Source: Escherichia phage VEc20. From it: a stretch of 64,000 nucleotides of DNA. Numbering within the stretch: position 1 is the stretch's first letter; each line of letters starts with the position of its first letter. Of the stretch, positions 50,615 through 61,278 are shown in pieces. A program made the position numbers and the translations under genes. The notes under the pieces were generated by a model, which did no database searches, was not told the DNA's origin, and saw nothing but the letters and a program-made list of their open reading frames with translations. The stretch lies in the sequence record MN022785.1, one strand, 5' to 3'.

Positions 50615-53600
50615 ATGGCTACTTTAAAACAAATACAATTTAAAAGAAGCAAAACTGCAGGTCAACGTCCTGCTGCTTCAGTATTAGCCGAAGGTGAATT
50701 GGCTATAAACTTAAAAGATAAAACAATTTTCACAAAAGATGACTTAGGTAGTGTTATAGAATTAGGTTTAAAATATGGAGGAACAATTGATGGTTCTTTA
50801 ACTGTTAATGGAAACATAATTGGAAATTTAACAGGTAACGCTGCAACTGCAACGAAATTAAAAACAGCACGAAAAATTAATGGTATATCCTTTGATGGGT
50901 CAAAAGATATCACGCTAACTCCATCTGACATAAATGTCAATAGCACAACGTTTATAAAAAATAACGGCGAATTACCTGTTGATGCTAATTTAGATGAGTA
51001 TGGGCCTGTTGAAGAATATCTTGGAGTTTGGTCGAAAGCAACTTCAACCAACGCTCAACCAGCAAATAAATTTCCAGAAGAAAATGCTGTAGGTGTTCTA
51101 GAAGTATTTGTGGCCGGTCAATTTGCTGGTACTCAGAGATATACAACTAGATACGGAAATGTTTATATTCGTTCCTTGACTGCTACATGGAACGGAGTAA
51201 ACGGTCCGTGGAGTGCGTGGCGAAATATTCAATCTGGTACTCGTCCACTGTCAACAACGATTGATCTTAATGATCTAGGAGGCGCTGAACACCTTGGTTT
51301 GTGGCGAAATAGTTCAAATTCCATTGCTACCTTTGACAGAAATTTCCCAGAAGAAGGATCGTCAGCTCAAGGACTTTTAGAAGTATATGAAGGTGGAAAC
51401 TATTCTCGCACACAGAGATATACGACCAGATTTGGTGTTGTTTATACTCGCTGTCTTGCTGCTGCATGGGATGCATCTGCACCTAAATGGGGACCGTGGC
51501 AACAAGTCGGTAATGTCACACCGGCGACTTTCTATGACGGAGACCTGAATGATTTTAAAGCTCCTGGGTTATATAACATTTTAGGCACTGATGCCGTTAT
51601 TAACTGTCCTACCGGTGAAGGTTTGCCGACTGTTATTGTTGGTTTGCTGGAAGTTAAACAGCGTGCTTCTGGCGGTGCTATTTTCCAAAAATTTACTACT
51701 GCCGGAACGGGTGCAACTACTCGCGATCGTATTTTTGAGCGTGCATATACTGGTGGTGTGTGGGGTGCATGGAACGAAGTATATACATCTTATTCCCTGC
51801 CAATTACTTTGGGTATGGGTGGTATTAAATCTAACTTAGCAGAGTTAGACTGGCAAACATTTGATTTTGTTCCTGGTAGTATGTTTAGCGTTCCTTTGAA
51901 CAAAATAAAGAACATGCCAGCTAATATGGATTGGGGTACGATTGACGGAAACTTAATTATGTTTTCTGTTGGTCCTAGCGAGCACACCAGCACAGGACGT
52001 ACTGTTCAGGTTTGGCGTGGTACTGTATCCCAGACAAACTACCGTTATTTTGTCGTTCGTGTATTCGGTAATTCAGGAAATAGAACTTGCACAGTTCGTC
52101 GCGTTGTTCTTGAAGATGGTCGCCACAAATGGACAGCGCAACAAGATTTTAATGGCGCAGTTAACTTCGGTGCTCCTACCAATTTTAACTCTACTGTTAA
52201 CCTTAATAACACTACCACTTTTAAAACAGAAGTTAAATTTCGCTCATTGAATGCATTCCGTATGTATGGCGGAAAATTTGGTACAATTTTCCGTAATGAT
52301 GGAGAGAGTCTTTATATTCTTTCCACCGACGAAGATGATCAAGATGGAAACTTTAATAAAAATAGACCTTTCCGCTATCAATTAAAAACTGGCGATGTTA
52401 CTTTGGGTGGCACTAGTGGTGCTAACGTTTTAAAATTAAAACGTGATTCTCTCACCGCATTTTTTGGTGGTGATATTAACATGAAAGGCTTGATGACTTT
52501 TGACGCCGGACGTTTAGGATCACGAGATTATTTTAAATTTAACCATTGGGGTGATAGTAATAATGCGCGCGATAACATTATTCAGTTAGAAGACAGCAAA
52601 GGCGTTCATTTTTCCACTGAACGTACTTTAGCGACAGGTGCAATTAAAACTAAATTTTTTGGTGAAACCTTCACTGACGGTACATTATACCTAAATCAGA
52701 TGAATAATAGCTCTGAACGATTCTCTATCAACAATTGGGGAAATTCAGAAGTTGGACGCGCGGCAATCTTAGAAATCAGCGATTCACAAGGTTATCACTT
52801 CTATACGGAACGTAGAACAGATGACAGTTTGGTGTTTGATATATCCGGTGCGTTGACCGTGCGTGGACCTAACGGAATAACCGTCAAAAACTCAACTGGT
52901 GCACGCCATATCTGGTTTAGAGATGATAGCGAAACAGAAAAGGCTGTTATTTGGGTGACCGATGATGGTATTTTACATATACGAAATAATCGTGGGGGTT
53001 CATTTAGTCATCACTTCCAAGGTGCAATGATTAAAGCGGGAGAGCGTGTTCCTTATGCCGGAGATCAAGGGCTTATTCGCGGTGAAGTTTCTGGTGGTGC
53101 ATGGGTAGACTGGCGAGATCGTCCGGCTGGATTGTTGGTAGACTGTCAGGACTCACGAAGTCAAGCATATAACATTTGGAAAGCTACTCATTGGGGCGAA
53201 CAGCACCTTGCGGCGATGGGTGTTCATGCTGGCGGTGGTAATCCTCATGTTGTATTGCATGTGGGTGGGAGTGATTATGCATTTGCATCTAACGGTGATT
53301 TTACTGCTGGTGCTGCTGTATATTGTAACGACGTTTATATTCGTTCTGACCGTCGTCTGAAAAATAATGTTGAAGACTACGAAGAGAATGCGGTGGATAA
53401 GGTAAATAAACTCAAAGTTAAAACCTATGATAAAGTTAAATCTCTTTCTGACCGCGAAGTTATCGGCCATGAGATTGGTATTATCGCACAGGATTTGCAA
53501 GAAGTATTACCGGAAGCTGTTAGCACTTCTAGTGTCGGATCTCAGGATAACCCAGAAGAAATTTTAACAATTTCTAACTCTGCTGTGAACGCGCTTTTAA

Positions 53601-53698
53601 TTAAGGCTATCCAAGAAATGAGCGAAGAAATTAAAGAATTAAAAACGCCTTTCTTCACTAAAATTGCTCGCAAAATTAGTAATTATTTTAAATTCTAA
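50615..53698 (+). CDS. 37: long tail fibre distal subunit gp37 with C-terminal intramolecular-chaperone-like domain
   Basis: 1027-aa ORF; SDRRLK motif about 116 aa from the C-terminus. Confidence 0.9.
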   Translation: MATLKQIQFKRSKTAGQRPAASVLAEGELAINLKDKTIFTKDDLGSVIELGLKYGGTIDGSLTVNGNIIGNLTGNAATATKLKTARKINGISFDGSKDITLTPSDINVNSTTFIKNNGELPVDANLDEYGPVEEYLGVWSKATSTNAQPANKFPEENAVGVLEVFVAGQFAGTQRYTTRYGNVYIRSLTATWNGVNGPWSAWRNIQSGTRPLSTTIDLNDLGGAEHLGLWRNSSNSIATFDRNFPEEGSSAQGLLEVYEGGNYSRTQRYTTRFGVVYTRCLAAAWDASAPKWGPWQQVGNVTPATFYDGDLNDFKAPGLYNILGTDAVINCPTGEGLPTVIVGLLEVKQRASGGAIFQKFTTAGTGATTRDRIFERAYTGGVWGAWNEVYTSYSLPITLGMGGIKSNLAELDWQTFDFVPGSMFSVPLNKIKNMPANMDWGTIDGNLIMFSVGPSEHTSTGRTVQVWRGTVSQTNYRYFVVRVFGNSGNRTCTVRRVVLEDGRHKWTAQQDFNGAVNFGAPTNFNSTVNLNNTTTFKTEVKFRSLNAFRMYGGKFGTIFRNDGESLYILSTDEDDQDGNFNKNRPFRYQLKTGDVTLGGTSGANVLKLKRDSLTAFFGGDINMKGLMTFDAGRLGSRDYFKFNHWGDSNNARDNIIQLEDSKGVHFSTERTLATGAIKTKFFGETFTDGTLYLNQMNNSSERFSINNWGNSEVGRAAILEISDSQGYHFYTERRTDDSLVFDISGALTVRGPNGITVKNSTGARHIWFRDDSETEKAVIWVTDDGILHIRNNRGGSFSHHFQGAMIKAGERVPYAGDQGLIRGEVSGGAWVDWRDRPAGLLVDCQDSRSQAYNIWKATHWGEQHLAAMGVHAGGGNPHVVLHVGGSDYAFASNGDFTAGAAVYCNDVYIRSDRRLKNNVEDYEENAVDKVNKLKVKTYDKVKSLSDREVIGHEIGIIAQDLQEVLPEAVSTSSVGSQDNPEEILTISNSAVNALLIKAIQEMSEEIKELKTPFFTKIARKISNYFKF

Positions 53699-53704
53699 CA
53701 ACAA

Positions 53705-53720
53705 GGGGCTTTGCCCCTTT
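53705..53720 (+). other. short GC hairpin between genes 37 and 38
   Basis: GGGGC-TTT-GCCCC followed by TTT; weak terminator or attenuator. Confidence 0.35.
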
Positions 53721-53730
53721 GGAGAAAATT

Positions 53731-54531
53731 ATGGCAGTAGTTGGAGTTCCTGGCTGGATTGGAAGTTCAGCCGTAAATGAAACGGGTCAGCGCTGGATGA
53801 GTCAAGCAGCTGGTCAATTAAGATTGGGTGTTCCTTGCTGGATGAGTCAATTTGCAGGTCGCTCAAGAGAAATTATTCATACACTTGGAGCAGACCATAA
53901 CTTCAATGGTCAATGGTTCCGAGATAGATGTTTTGAGGCCGGTAGTGCACCTATAGTGTTTAATATTACAGGTGATTTAGTATCATATTCTAAAGATGTT
54001 CCTTTATTCTTCATGTACGGGGATACGCCTAATGAATATGTTGTTCTTAATATTCATGGTGGTGTTCATATGTGGGGTCGTGGTGGTAATGGTGGATACA
54101 CTCACTCGGGAGGCGACGGTAACGGTACACAAGGTGGTCATGTTATTCAAAATGATATCGGTGGACGGCTTCGTATTTGGAACTACGGTGTTATAGCTGC
54201 TGGCGGTGGCGGCGGTGGTGGTATTGCATATCGTCCACACTCAGGGGCAAACTGGCAAGATATCGGTGGCGGTGGTGGTCGACCTTTCGGTGGCGCTGGC
54301 GGTGGCGGTTATTCCGGTGGTGCTGCTTCGTATGAAGGTCCGGGTGGTGGTTATGACTATGGTAACGCACACTCCGGCGCTGGTGGTAATGCTGGTGCTG
54401 CTGGTCAGAATGCATGGTCTGACGGCGGTAAAGTTCTTAAAGTTGGTGTTGGTGGTGCGTCTGGTCATGCAGTGTTTGGATCTTCTCCAACTTGGGGTGT
54501 TGTTGGAACAATTTACGGACCAAGAGTATAA
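53731..54531 (+). CDS. 38: receptor-recognising adhesin gp38 (T2-type, glycine-rich motifs)
   Basis: 266 aa from ATG 53731 ([19 protein letters not shown]...) with RBS GGAG; C-terminal half has poly-Gly blocks ([25 protein letters not shown]) separated by short variable segments. Confidence 0.8.
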   Translation: MAVVGVPGWIGSSAVNETGQRWMSQAAGQLRLGVPCWMSQFAGRSREIIHTLGADHNFNGQWFRDRCFEAGSAPIVFNITGDLVSYSKDVPLFFMYGDTPNEYVVLNIHGGVHMWGRGGNGGYTHSGGDGNGTQGGHVIQNDIGGRLRIWNYGVIAAGGGGGGGIAYRPHSGANWQDIGGGGGRPFGGAGGGGYSGGAASYEGPGGGYDYGNAHSGAGGNAGAAGQNAWSDGGKVLKVGVGGASGHAVFGSSPTWGVVGTIYGPRV

Positions 54532-54561
54532 TGTGAATAAATACCCTTAAAAGGAGGGTCT

Positions 54562-55218
54562 ATGGCAGCACCTAGAATATCATTTTCGCCCTCTGATATT
54601 CTGTTGGGTGTTCTAGATCGCTTGTTCAAAGATAACGCTACCGGGAAGGTTCTTGCTTCCCGGGTAGCTGTCGTAATTCTTTTGTTTATAATGGCGATTG
54701 TTTGGTATAGGGGAGATAGTTTCTTTGAGTACTATAAGCAATCAAAGTATGAAACATACCGTGAAATTATTGAAAAGGAAAGAAATGCACGCTTTGAATC
54801 TGTCGCCCTGGAACAACTCCAGATAGTTCATATATCATCTGAGGCAGACTTTAGTGCGGTGTATTCTTTCCGCCCTAAAAACTTAAACTATTTTGTTGAT
54901 ATTATAGCATATGAAGGAAGATTACCTTCAACAATAACTGAAAAATCACTTGGAGGATATCCTGTTGATAAAACTATGGATGAATATACAGTTCATTTAA
55001 ATGGACGTCATTATTATTCCAACTCAAAATTTGCTTTTTTACCAACTAAAAAGCCTACTCCCGAAATAAACTACATGTACAGTTGTCCATATTTTAATTT
55101 GGATAATATCTATGCTGGAACGATAACCATGTACTGGTATAGAAATGATCATATAAGTAATGACCGCCTTGAATCAATATGTGCTCAGGCGGCCAGAATA
55201 TTAGGAAGGGCTAAATAA
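54562..55218 (+). CDS. t: holin T
   Basis: 218-aa ORF, T4 holin length, one N-terminal TMD (VAVVILLFIMAIVWY) and a large periplasmic domain; RBS AAGGAGGG. Confidence 0.9.
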   Translation: MAAPRISFSPSDILLGVLDRLFKDNATGKVLASRVAVVILLFIMAIVWYRGDSFFEYYKQSKYETYREIIEKERNARFESVALEQLQIVHISSEADFSAVYSFRPKNLNYFVDIIAYEGRLPSTITEKSLGGYPVDKTMDEYTVHLNGRHYYSNSKFAFLPTKKPTPEINYMYSCPYFNLDNIYAGTITMYWYRNDHISNDRLESICAQAARILGRAK

Positions 55219-55491
55219 TTATTTGTTCGTATACATCTCTAAATATCGATATACACTCTCAAAACCCTCGTTGAATTCGTCGATGAGGGTTTTCTTATCT
55301 TCTTGAGTTAATTCAGAAACAATTTTACGGAATGAATTCTGATTTAACTTTCTACCTTCATGCGTTACTCCAATCTCATTCAGAAATGCAATAAAATTAG
55401 CACGATTTTCAACAATATCTTCTCTGGAAAATTTAATCAAAATAGACGCAACAGTAATAATTTCACGAACTGTATCAATGTTTTTATTCAT
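55219..55491 (-). CDS. asiA: anti-sigma70 protein AsiA
   Basis: 90-aa ORF MNKNIDTVREIITVASILIKFSRED... recognised as T4 AsiA. Confidence 0.9.
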   Translation of the reverse strand: MNKNIDTVREIITVASILIKFSREDIVENRANFIAFLNEIGVTHEGRKLNQNSFRKIVSELTQEDKKTLIDEFNEGFESVYRYLEMYTNK

Positions 55492-55652
55492 TAACTATAC
55501 CACTCAATTAGTTGACTTTGTTATAATATCATCAGACACTTGATTTGTAAACTGGTCTGTGTTATTTTCTTCAAAAATTTTTTCTACGAATTCCTTGAAC
55601 GACTCACGTTCCTGAGCTACATTATGCTCGATTACCTTTTCAAGATTATGAC

Positions 55653-55931
55653 TCATTCGAAATAATCTTCAATTTCGTAATCATGGACATAAATCATTAT
55701 AGTTTTTAATACATCATCAATACTTTTTCCTGGAGCTGGAATTACGTAAAAATATCCTGCTTTTGAGAGGTCTTTATAAGTTCCAACCAAGAAATCATTA
55801 TTCTCGAGATGTAATTCTTCAACTAATTCATTAACAATTGAATGGTATAAATTTGGTAGAAACTTATATAGCTTTTCTAGAATATCAATTTTGATTGTAT
55901 ATTGAACCACAGATTGAGAATCAATAATCAT
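55653..55931 (-). CDS. arn: Arn-like anti-restriction protein
   Basis: 92-aa acidic ORF, T4 Arn length and position. Confidence 0.55.
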   Translation of the reverse strand: MIIDSQSVVQYTIKIDILEKLYKFLPNLYHSIVNELVEELHLENNDFLVGTYKDLSKAGYFYVIPAPGKSIDDVLKTIMIYVHDYEIEDYFE

Positions 55932-56014
55932 AGACCTTCCCCTTATGTTTCTGTTTGCGATTAGATTCTTTAAACGCTTTCTTCTTATCCTTATGAACAG
56001 AAGCTTTATTAAAA

Positions 56015-56233
56015 TTATGTTTTGCGACTAAATTGTTCATAGTGCTGAATTACCTCTCTCAAACATTTGCATGTGAATGAAAACTTTTTAGCTACACCAC
56101 ATTCAAATATATGTTCTCTTAAATCACGTGTGTCAGTATATCCCATCTCAACAATAAAATGTCGTATTAGATTTTTATCTTTATCATTGAGAGAATTAAA
56201 ATAATCGGATTTTGAATTAATTTCCCTGGCCAA
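56015..56233 (-). CDS. hypothetical protein
   Basis: 72-aa ORF. Confidence 0.45.
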   Translation of the reverse strand: MAREINSKSDYFNSLNDKDKNLIRHFIVEMGYTDTRDLREHIFECGVAKKFSFTCKCLREVIQHYEQFSRKT

Positions 56234-56513
56234 ATTGAATCACCTTCAGTTGACGTTTTAGTTCTTTTATCATTTCTTCATTCATCGCAATATAAAGATC
56301 GCGTAAAGCGGGTTTTAACATTCCATTTACTGGAGAACTAAATGGACATACATAATCTTTTCCTACGAGCTTTTTAGTGAATTCCATATTACAGAACTGA
56401 AATGCCGGTTCATTAGCATAAATTCCCCAATTGGTTGACATCATTTTATTGGCATATTCCAATGCTTGGATTTGATTAGTAATTCCATCAATTTGAAACT
56501 TTTTAATATTCAT
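56217..56513 (-). CDS. hypothetical protein
   Basis: 98-aa ORF. Confidence 0.45.
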   Translation of the reverse strand: MNIKKFQIDGITNQIQALEYANKMMSTNWGIYANEPAFQFCNMEFTKKLVGKDYVCPFSSPVNGMLKPALRDLYIAMNEEMIKELKRQLKVIQFGQGN

Positions 56514-56980
56514 TAGTAAAGGTCCTCGGAGTAAAGTTCTTTTTCACTACCACCACGTTCAATACGCACTTGTCCAGCGTAAGTTGCAATAATCATTGCT
56601 TCTTCACGTGTCCAGTAATTGCTATACTGGTCAATAAATCCTTGGTCTTCACCACAAACATGGTCTGATACAAGTTTATCACTTACCTGGTCAAGAACTT
56701 CAGCCATATCTTTAGAATAATGACGAGCACCAGGAATAACCAGAGTCCCACCATCTTTTAACTTAAAGCGGTTGGCTGCACACACAATTCGACGTTGATA
56801 TTTTTCATTATTGTTCCAATGAGCTACTTGCCAACAGATTTCAGGAACCTCTTCTAAAACATCCTCTTCCGTATATTCGGTGTAGTCGCCATAGGCCTGT
56901 AATTTAGCTGCTAGACTTTCTGGAGTTTCACGTAATAAAGCCAGGTCTAATAATTCAAGACGCTCTTTGAAGGTTTTCAT
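56513..56980 (-). CDS. hypothetical protein
   Basis: 155-aa ORF, 1-nt overlap. Confidence 0.5.
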   Translation of the reverse strand: MKTFKERLELLDLALLRETPESLAAKLQAYGDYTEYTEEDVLEEVPEICWQVAHWNNNEKYQRRIVCAANRFKLKDGGTLVIPGARHYSKDMAEVLDQVSDKLVSDHVCGEDQGFIDQYSNYWTREEAMIIATYAGQVRIERGGSEKELYSEDLY

Positions 56981-57128
56981 TTGGTTTCCTCAACACTTTT
57001 AATTTTTATAGCTTGTTTAGAACTTTCAAAGCATTGACAATATACTCTTACCGCATCAAACTGGTTGGCCGCTTTAAGATGGACTACACCTTCGTCGTTA
57101 TAAAATTCTACGACAATTTTAAATGTTT

Positions 57129-57458
57129 TCATTTAAACCATCCTTTAATACGTTGCCATAAAGTTTTCTGTTGAGCTTTGTTAACACCAATTGAACGAAT
57201 AACTGGTTGAGATTCCTGAAATTCTTTATAATCAGCAAGGTAAATTTCGTAAGCTGCATCCGTAAATGAACTTATCGCTGCCATAAAATTATTGCGAATA
57301 CCTACTGAAGCATCTTTACTTTCACGAATAATCATGTATTTACCAGTCTTAATCTTTACGATAGTTCCAAGATAAGCTCCATGGTACCAGATGTCCCAAC
57401 CCTCTTGAGTAGGTTCTACACAACGACGAAGTTCATTGACAATTTCTAACTTGTTCAT
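57129..57458 (-). CDS. hypothetical protein
   Basis: 109-aa ORF just downstream of motA. Confidence 0.5.
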   Translation of the reverse strand: MNKLEIVNELRRCVEPTQEGWDIWYHGAYLGTIVKIKTGKYMIIRESKDASVGIRNNFMAAISSFTDAAYEIYLADYKEFQESQPVIRSIGVNKAQQKTLWQRIKGWFK

Positions 57459-57468
57459 TATTTATTCC

Positions 57469-58104
57469 TCACAGTTCAGATGCTACAGTGATTACAACTT
57501 CAATATTTTCTGCCGAGCGTTTAATGTCAAGATACACATTACCGTTTTTAGCGATTTTACATGACATTCCGATATCAGTAAATTTCTGAATATGATGTTC
57601 CATCATTTTGTATCCAAAAATTCGCATATTTCCATTATTGTTAATTTCAAAATTACGAATTCCGTGAGTGCGTTTTTCTAAAATGGCAAGATAATTACTA
57701 CGATAAGTTTCAACCTTTTTAAGAACAAATCCATTTTCATCTAAAAGTTTTAACATGAGGTCTTTATCTTCTTCCATATCAGAAGTAATCTCACGAGCTT
57801 TACGAGTTGCTCGTTTTTTCAGTAGTTCAGGAGCATTTTCCTGTGCATATAAAGTTGCCGCATTTGAAATAATATCCTGAGCTTCACCAGTAATGATTAA
57901 TCCATCACCAGATTTCTCCACCAGGCCTTTTTTAATCAATACCCCAATATTACTATTAACTACTGCGTTACCTAAATCTGGATGCACCTCACGAACTTCT
58001 GCGGCTGTAATGAAATCTTTCTTAGCAATGGTAATTAAAATCGCAGCAGTTTTTTCATTCAGAACATCGTTAGAAGCTTTGATGATGTAAGTTACTTTAG
58101 ACAT
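57469..58104 (-). CDS. motA: middle-transcription activator MotA
   Basis: 211-aa ORF MSKVTYIIKASNDVLNEKTAAILITIAKKDF... recognised as T4 MotA. Confidence 0.85.
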   Translation of the reverse strand: MSKVTYIIKASNDVLNEKTAAILITIAKKDFITAAEVREVHPDLGNAVVNSNIGVLIKKGLVEKSGDGLIITGEAQDIISNAATLYAQENAPELLKKRATRKAREITSDMEEDKDLMLKLLDENGFVLKKVETYRSNYLAILEKRTHGIRNFEINNNGNMRIFGYKMMEHHIQKFTDIGMSCKIAKNGNVYLDIKRSAENIEVVITVASEL

Positions 58105-58141
58105 TTTAATCTCCGTTTCAGTTCATTTATTTGATAGGTCT

Positions 58142-58169
58142 ATAGTATCATGTTTAAAGCAGAAGTAAA
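58142..58169 (-). promoter_or_regulatory. early promoter (TTTACT-N16-TACTAT) for motA
   Basis: Contains the family-conserved GATAGGTCTATAGTATCA segment. Confidence 0.5.
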
Positions 58170-58209
58170 CACTTTTTTGCACTCTTTTTCAAGAGCTCTA
58201 ATAAAGTAC

Positions 58210-58437
58210 TTACTTAATGTTCAGATTACGAACTTCGATTTCGTCTTCATGGGCAAAATCAAACTGTTTGAATTCTGTGTCACCTTTAAATTTAAAAATC
58301 ATTGTGAAGAAAGTCAGAACACCAGGTTTTTCTTCACGAACTCCACAGATATCATATTCAATACCATCTACAACCAGTTTGTTAGCAGTCAGAGCATTTT
58401 TAGCTTTAACGATTTCGTTTTCGATTTTAAATTTCAT
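58210..58437 (-). CDS. hypothetical protein
   Basis: 75-aa ORF driven by the early promoter at 58487-58515. Confidence 0.5.
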   Translation of the reverse strand: MKFKIENEIVKAKNALTANKLVVDGIEYDICGVREEKPGVLTFFTMIFKFKGDTEFKQFDFAHEDEIEVRNLNIK

Positions 58438-58486
58438 TTTTTGTATCTCCGGGTTGTTTGTTTCAGTTCATTTATTTGATAGTTGT

Positions 58487-58515
58487 ATAGTACCACAGTA
58501 TGCTTTGGTTGTAAA
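58487..58515 (-). promoter_or_regulatory. early promoter (TTTACA-N17-TACTAT) with UP region
   Basis: Cassette 58478-58567 shares the -10 and UP/-35 flanks with 40930-41017. Confidence 0.55.
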
Positions 58516-58539
58516 CCGTTTTGTGAAAAAATTTTTGAA

Positions 58540-58567
58540 ATAAAAAAGGGAGAGCCTCGGCTCTCCC
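58540..58567 (-). terminator. intrinsic terminator
   Basis: GGGAGAGCC-TC-GGCTCTCCC followed on the minus strand by TTTTTATTT. Confidence 0.6.
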
Positions 58568-58572
58568 TAAAA

Positions 58573-58722
58573 TTACTGCATGACTGTGATAACTGTCATG
58601 ATAACACGTTGAATTCCGAACGCAAGAAGACCTCCTGCTACGGCAGGAACAACACCTAAACCCGCCAGTAAAATGCCACCAGATACTAATGCAGCGCTTG
58701 TGATACCAATGAATGGACTCAT
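58573..58722 (-). CDS. small hydrophobic membrane protein (49 aa)
   Basis: Hand-translated MSPFIGITSAALVSGGILLAGLGVVPAVAGGLLAFGIQRVIMTVITVMQ; ATGA overlap with the gene 52 stop. Confidence 0.5.
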   Translation of the reverse strand: MSPFIGITSAALVSGGILLAGLGVVPAVAGGLLAFGIQRVIMTVITVMQ

Positions 58723-60047
58723 TTGATTTCCTCTAAATCTTTGGTGTATTCTGTAACTACATCAGTAGTTTTCCAATATTCGTTTTCTTCTTTTTTGGCT
58801 TTAGCTTCTTCAGCAAGTTTCTTTGCTTCGTCGGAAGTCATATGAAAAATGTTCATTCCAACTAGTTTATCAACATGAGAAGAATACATATCAATTTTAG
58901 AAAGTTCTTCGGTCAGTTCTTTGCGAGTTTTACCTTGTACAACAATTTCACCTGAAATTACTTTCTTAATGAAATGTGCCTTGGCAAAAGCTAAACGAAA
59001 TGCTGATTCAGTTTCTTTGATTTTGTTATCAATTCGTTTTTGGACATAAGTTTTACGAACTTCAACGAAGTCTTTGATTAAATCAACTACATTATCGTAA
59101 ACTTGCAGCTTTCCTTTCTCATTAATGACGGTAATATTCTGGGAACGACGCTCAATCAACCCGAAGTCTTTCATAATTTTTGCATGGCGTTCTTCTTCAT
59201 TATCGCTCAAAGAGTATTCTTTTCGGAATTTAACTTTGAATCCAAAACCATGCTCACCACAAGCATCATCCCATGTAATGAAGCCTTTATCTTCAAGCGG
59301 GTCTAAGATTTTACTCACATAAGTTTCACGATCATACTTATATGGAATCTCAGTGATATGCATTTGAGTTCGTGAAGTAAACTTATATGTTCCACGAATT
59401 TCATATTGCCCATCAATTTCAACGACTTCACCACGAAATTCTGGGAATTCTACCTTCGGTTTAGTTACTTTCTTTCCTTGAAGAGCTTGCAGTACAGCTT
59501 TCTTGACAGAAGAAACACTATGAGGAAGAATGTAAGTTGCATAACCAGTTGCAATACCGGAAACGCCATTAAGAAGAACAGTAGGAATAATAGGCAAATA
59601 GAAAGCAGGCGGAATGTGTTCTTTATCTTGATGTACTGGAGCATATTCAGTATCTTTATATACGTTATAGAAATTTTTACTTACACGAGCAAAAATATAA
59701 CGACTTGCTGCTACCTTTTGGACAGTACGAGAACCAAAGTTTCCTTGACCGTCTAACAGAGGAAAGTTATTATTCCAAGTGTTAGCCATCAAAGCACCTG
59801 CGTCTTGCGCAGAGTTTTCACCATGATGATATCCAAGGTCCGCTACACCGCCTGCGATAGAAGCGAGTTTGTGAAACTTATCTTTATTTCCTCGTGCCAA
59901 ATCAAGAGCTCGAGCAATAACAAATCGTTGAACTGGCTTAAATCCGTCAATCATATTTGGAATGGCACGATTTTCAACCGTGTACATAGCATAAGCCAAT
60001 GCTTCATTATCAATGATACTTTTTAAATCACGATTATTCAGTTGCAT
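58719..60047 (-). CDS. 52: DNA topoisomerase II medium subunit gp52
   Basis: 442-aa ORF, T4 gp52 length; GyrA-like segments. Confidence 0.9.
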   Translation of the reverse strand: MQLNNRDLKSIIDNEALAYAMYTVENRAIPNMIDGFKPVQRFVIARALDLARGNKDKFHKLASIAGGVADLGYHHGENSAQDAGALMANTWNNNFPLLDGQGNFGSRTVQKVAASRYIFARVSKNFYNVYKDTEYAPVHQDKEHIPPAFYLPIIPTVLLNGVSGIATGYATYILPHSVSSVKKAVLQALQGKKVTKPKVEFPEFRGEVVEIDGQYEIRGTYKFTSRTQMHITEIPYKYDRETYVSKILDPLEDKGFITWDDACGEHGFGFKVKFRKEYSLSDNEEERHAKIMKDFGLIERRSQNITVINEKGKLQVYDNVVDLIKDFVEVRKTYVQKRIDNKIKETESAFRLAFAKAHFIKKVISGEIVVQGKTRKELTEELSKIDMYSSHVDKLVGMNIFHMTSDEAKKLAEEAKAKKEENEYWKTTDVVTEYTKDLEEIK

Positions 60048-60051
60048 AAAT

Positions 60052-60192
60052 TTACCATACTAGTGAATGTAGTGCCATAATAACATCAGAAATGAAAAGC
60101 ACGACTTGAATTAATCCGAACATTATTCCGTAATATAATGCTATCAATAAAATAGCAAGGGCTAATGAATAGCCCAAGATTTTCTTAATCAT
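60052..60192 (-). CDS. small hydrophobic membrane protein (46 aa)
   Basis: Hand-translated MIKKILGYSLALAILLIALYYGIMFGLIQVVLFISDVIMALHSLVW. Confidence 0.4.
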   Translation of the reverse strand: MIKKILGYSLALAILLIALYYGIMFGLIQVVLFISDVIMALHSLVW

Positions 60193-60343
60193 TAGTAGAT
60201 AACAACACAAATGTTAAATATGCACACATACCCTGAGCTAAAGCTTGCGAAAACACACTGCTGGCATCAATACAGATAGTTAAAACACATGCTACTATCC
60301 AACAAATAAATGAAATAACTCCTAATAATTTTGCGATATTCAT
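60185..60343 (-). CDS. small hydrophobic membrane protein (52 aa)
   Basis: Hand-translated MNIAKLLGVISFICWIVACVLTICIDASSVFSQALAQGMCAYLTFVLLSTND. Confidence 0.4.
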   Translation of the reverse strand: MNIAKLLGVISFICWIVACVLTICIDASSVFSQALAQGMCAYLTFVLLSTND

Positions 60344-60350
60344 ATTTTCC

Positions 60351-60431
60351 TCACTGGCGTCCGAAGACGCCTTTAGTTTTAAGATTATTACGATAGAACT
60401 GCATCACGTGTTCGTTGTGGAAATTACTCAT
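60351..60431 (-). CDS. stp: Stp peptide (26 aa)
   Basis: Hand-translated [26 protein letters not shown], matching T4 Stp as I recall it; TAATG overlap with ndd. Confidence 0.7.
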
Positions 60432-60889
60432 TAATATGCCTGCAAAACGAATTTAAAATTATCAGCCAACATACGGTTCATTTCTTCAAGTGTTTGATAC
60501 TCAGAATGATGATTACGAGTAAACGCTAAAGCTAACTGTCCTTTTCCAAATCCCGTCGTCAGAGGTTTCATCTTAGAAGCAGGCAGATAAAATACTGCGT
60601 ATGGAACATTGTTATTTGCAATAGTACGTGCAAGCTGAGACCGACGTTGACGAATATGACTTAGAACTGCACTGAATCCTTGCTTAGAACGCTGATTACC
60701 TACATAAAATCGTGCAGACACGCATGGATTACTAAATGGACGACCATCTAATTTACTCGCTAAAAAGTAAAATCCAGGTTTAGATAAAAAGTCTTTATGC
60801 GGAGTTCCCAAAAACCATTCACCGTTCTTGATTGTACCAATAACGGTAGCGCCTGCGTTGTTCAGATCAGTAACAGTCATGTATTTCAT
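60431..60889 (-). CDS. ndd: nucleoid disruption protein Ndd
   Basis: 152 aa from ATG 60889 ([18 protein letters not shown]...) with RBS AGGAAA. Confidence 0.8.
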
Positions 60890-60947
60890 ATTAATTTCCT
60901 CTAAATTATTTTCTACTCCAAGGCCGCATGAATACGCGGCCATTAAA

Positions 60948-61163
60948 TTAATCGTCGCAGTCGACGCTCAATTCCCAAAACTCTTCTACAGTATAAGTTT
61001 CAGTATCATTTTCAATACAGAAACGTTCATTACTGTTATTTGCTAAAGTAGCATTAACTGTCGGTTTCTCGCTAGTGCTCTTAAGAGGTGAAATACGAAT
61101 TAACTGATCACCGTTATCTAAACAGAAAATTTCACCAACTTTTACATCTTTAAAACTTTTCAT
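60948..61163 (-). CDS. hypothetical protein
   Basis: 71-aa ORF. Confidence 0.45.
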   Translation of the reverse strand: MKSFKDVKVGEIFCLDNGDQLIRISPLKSTSEKPTVNATLANNSNERFCIENDTETYTVEEFWELSVDCDD

Positions 61164-61278
61164 AATTCACCTCAAGGAGTATAAAATCCAAACGCAGTTG
61201 TTGACCATCCCATCCAATATGGAAAATTTGCACCAATGTAAAACATAAGAATATAAAACCAACCGCTCAGCAAATTCA

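Noticed and set aside
54004-54550. Four overlapping ORFs (54004-54240 -, 54191-54415 -, 54241-54468 -, 54206-54550 +) encoding His/Arg/Thr/Val-rich low-complexity proteins
   Set aside because: They lie entirely inside the glycine-rich half of gp38; runs of GGT/GGC codons leave the other frames and the opposite strand free of stops. Shadow ORFs.
55921-56040. 39-aa basic ORF (MNNLVAKHNFNKASVHKDKKK...) overlapping the arn start and the upstream ORF stop
   Set aside because: Overlaps the 72-aa ORF by 26 nt in another frame; possible but unsupported without conservation or profiling data.
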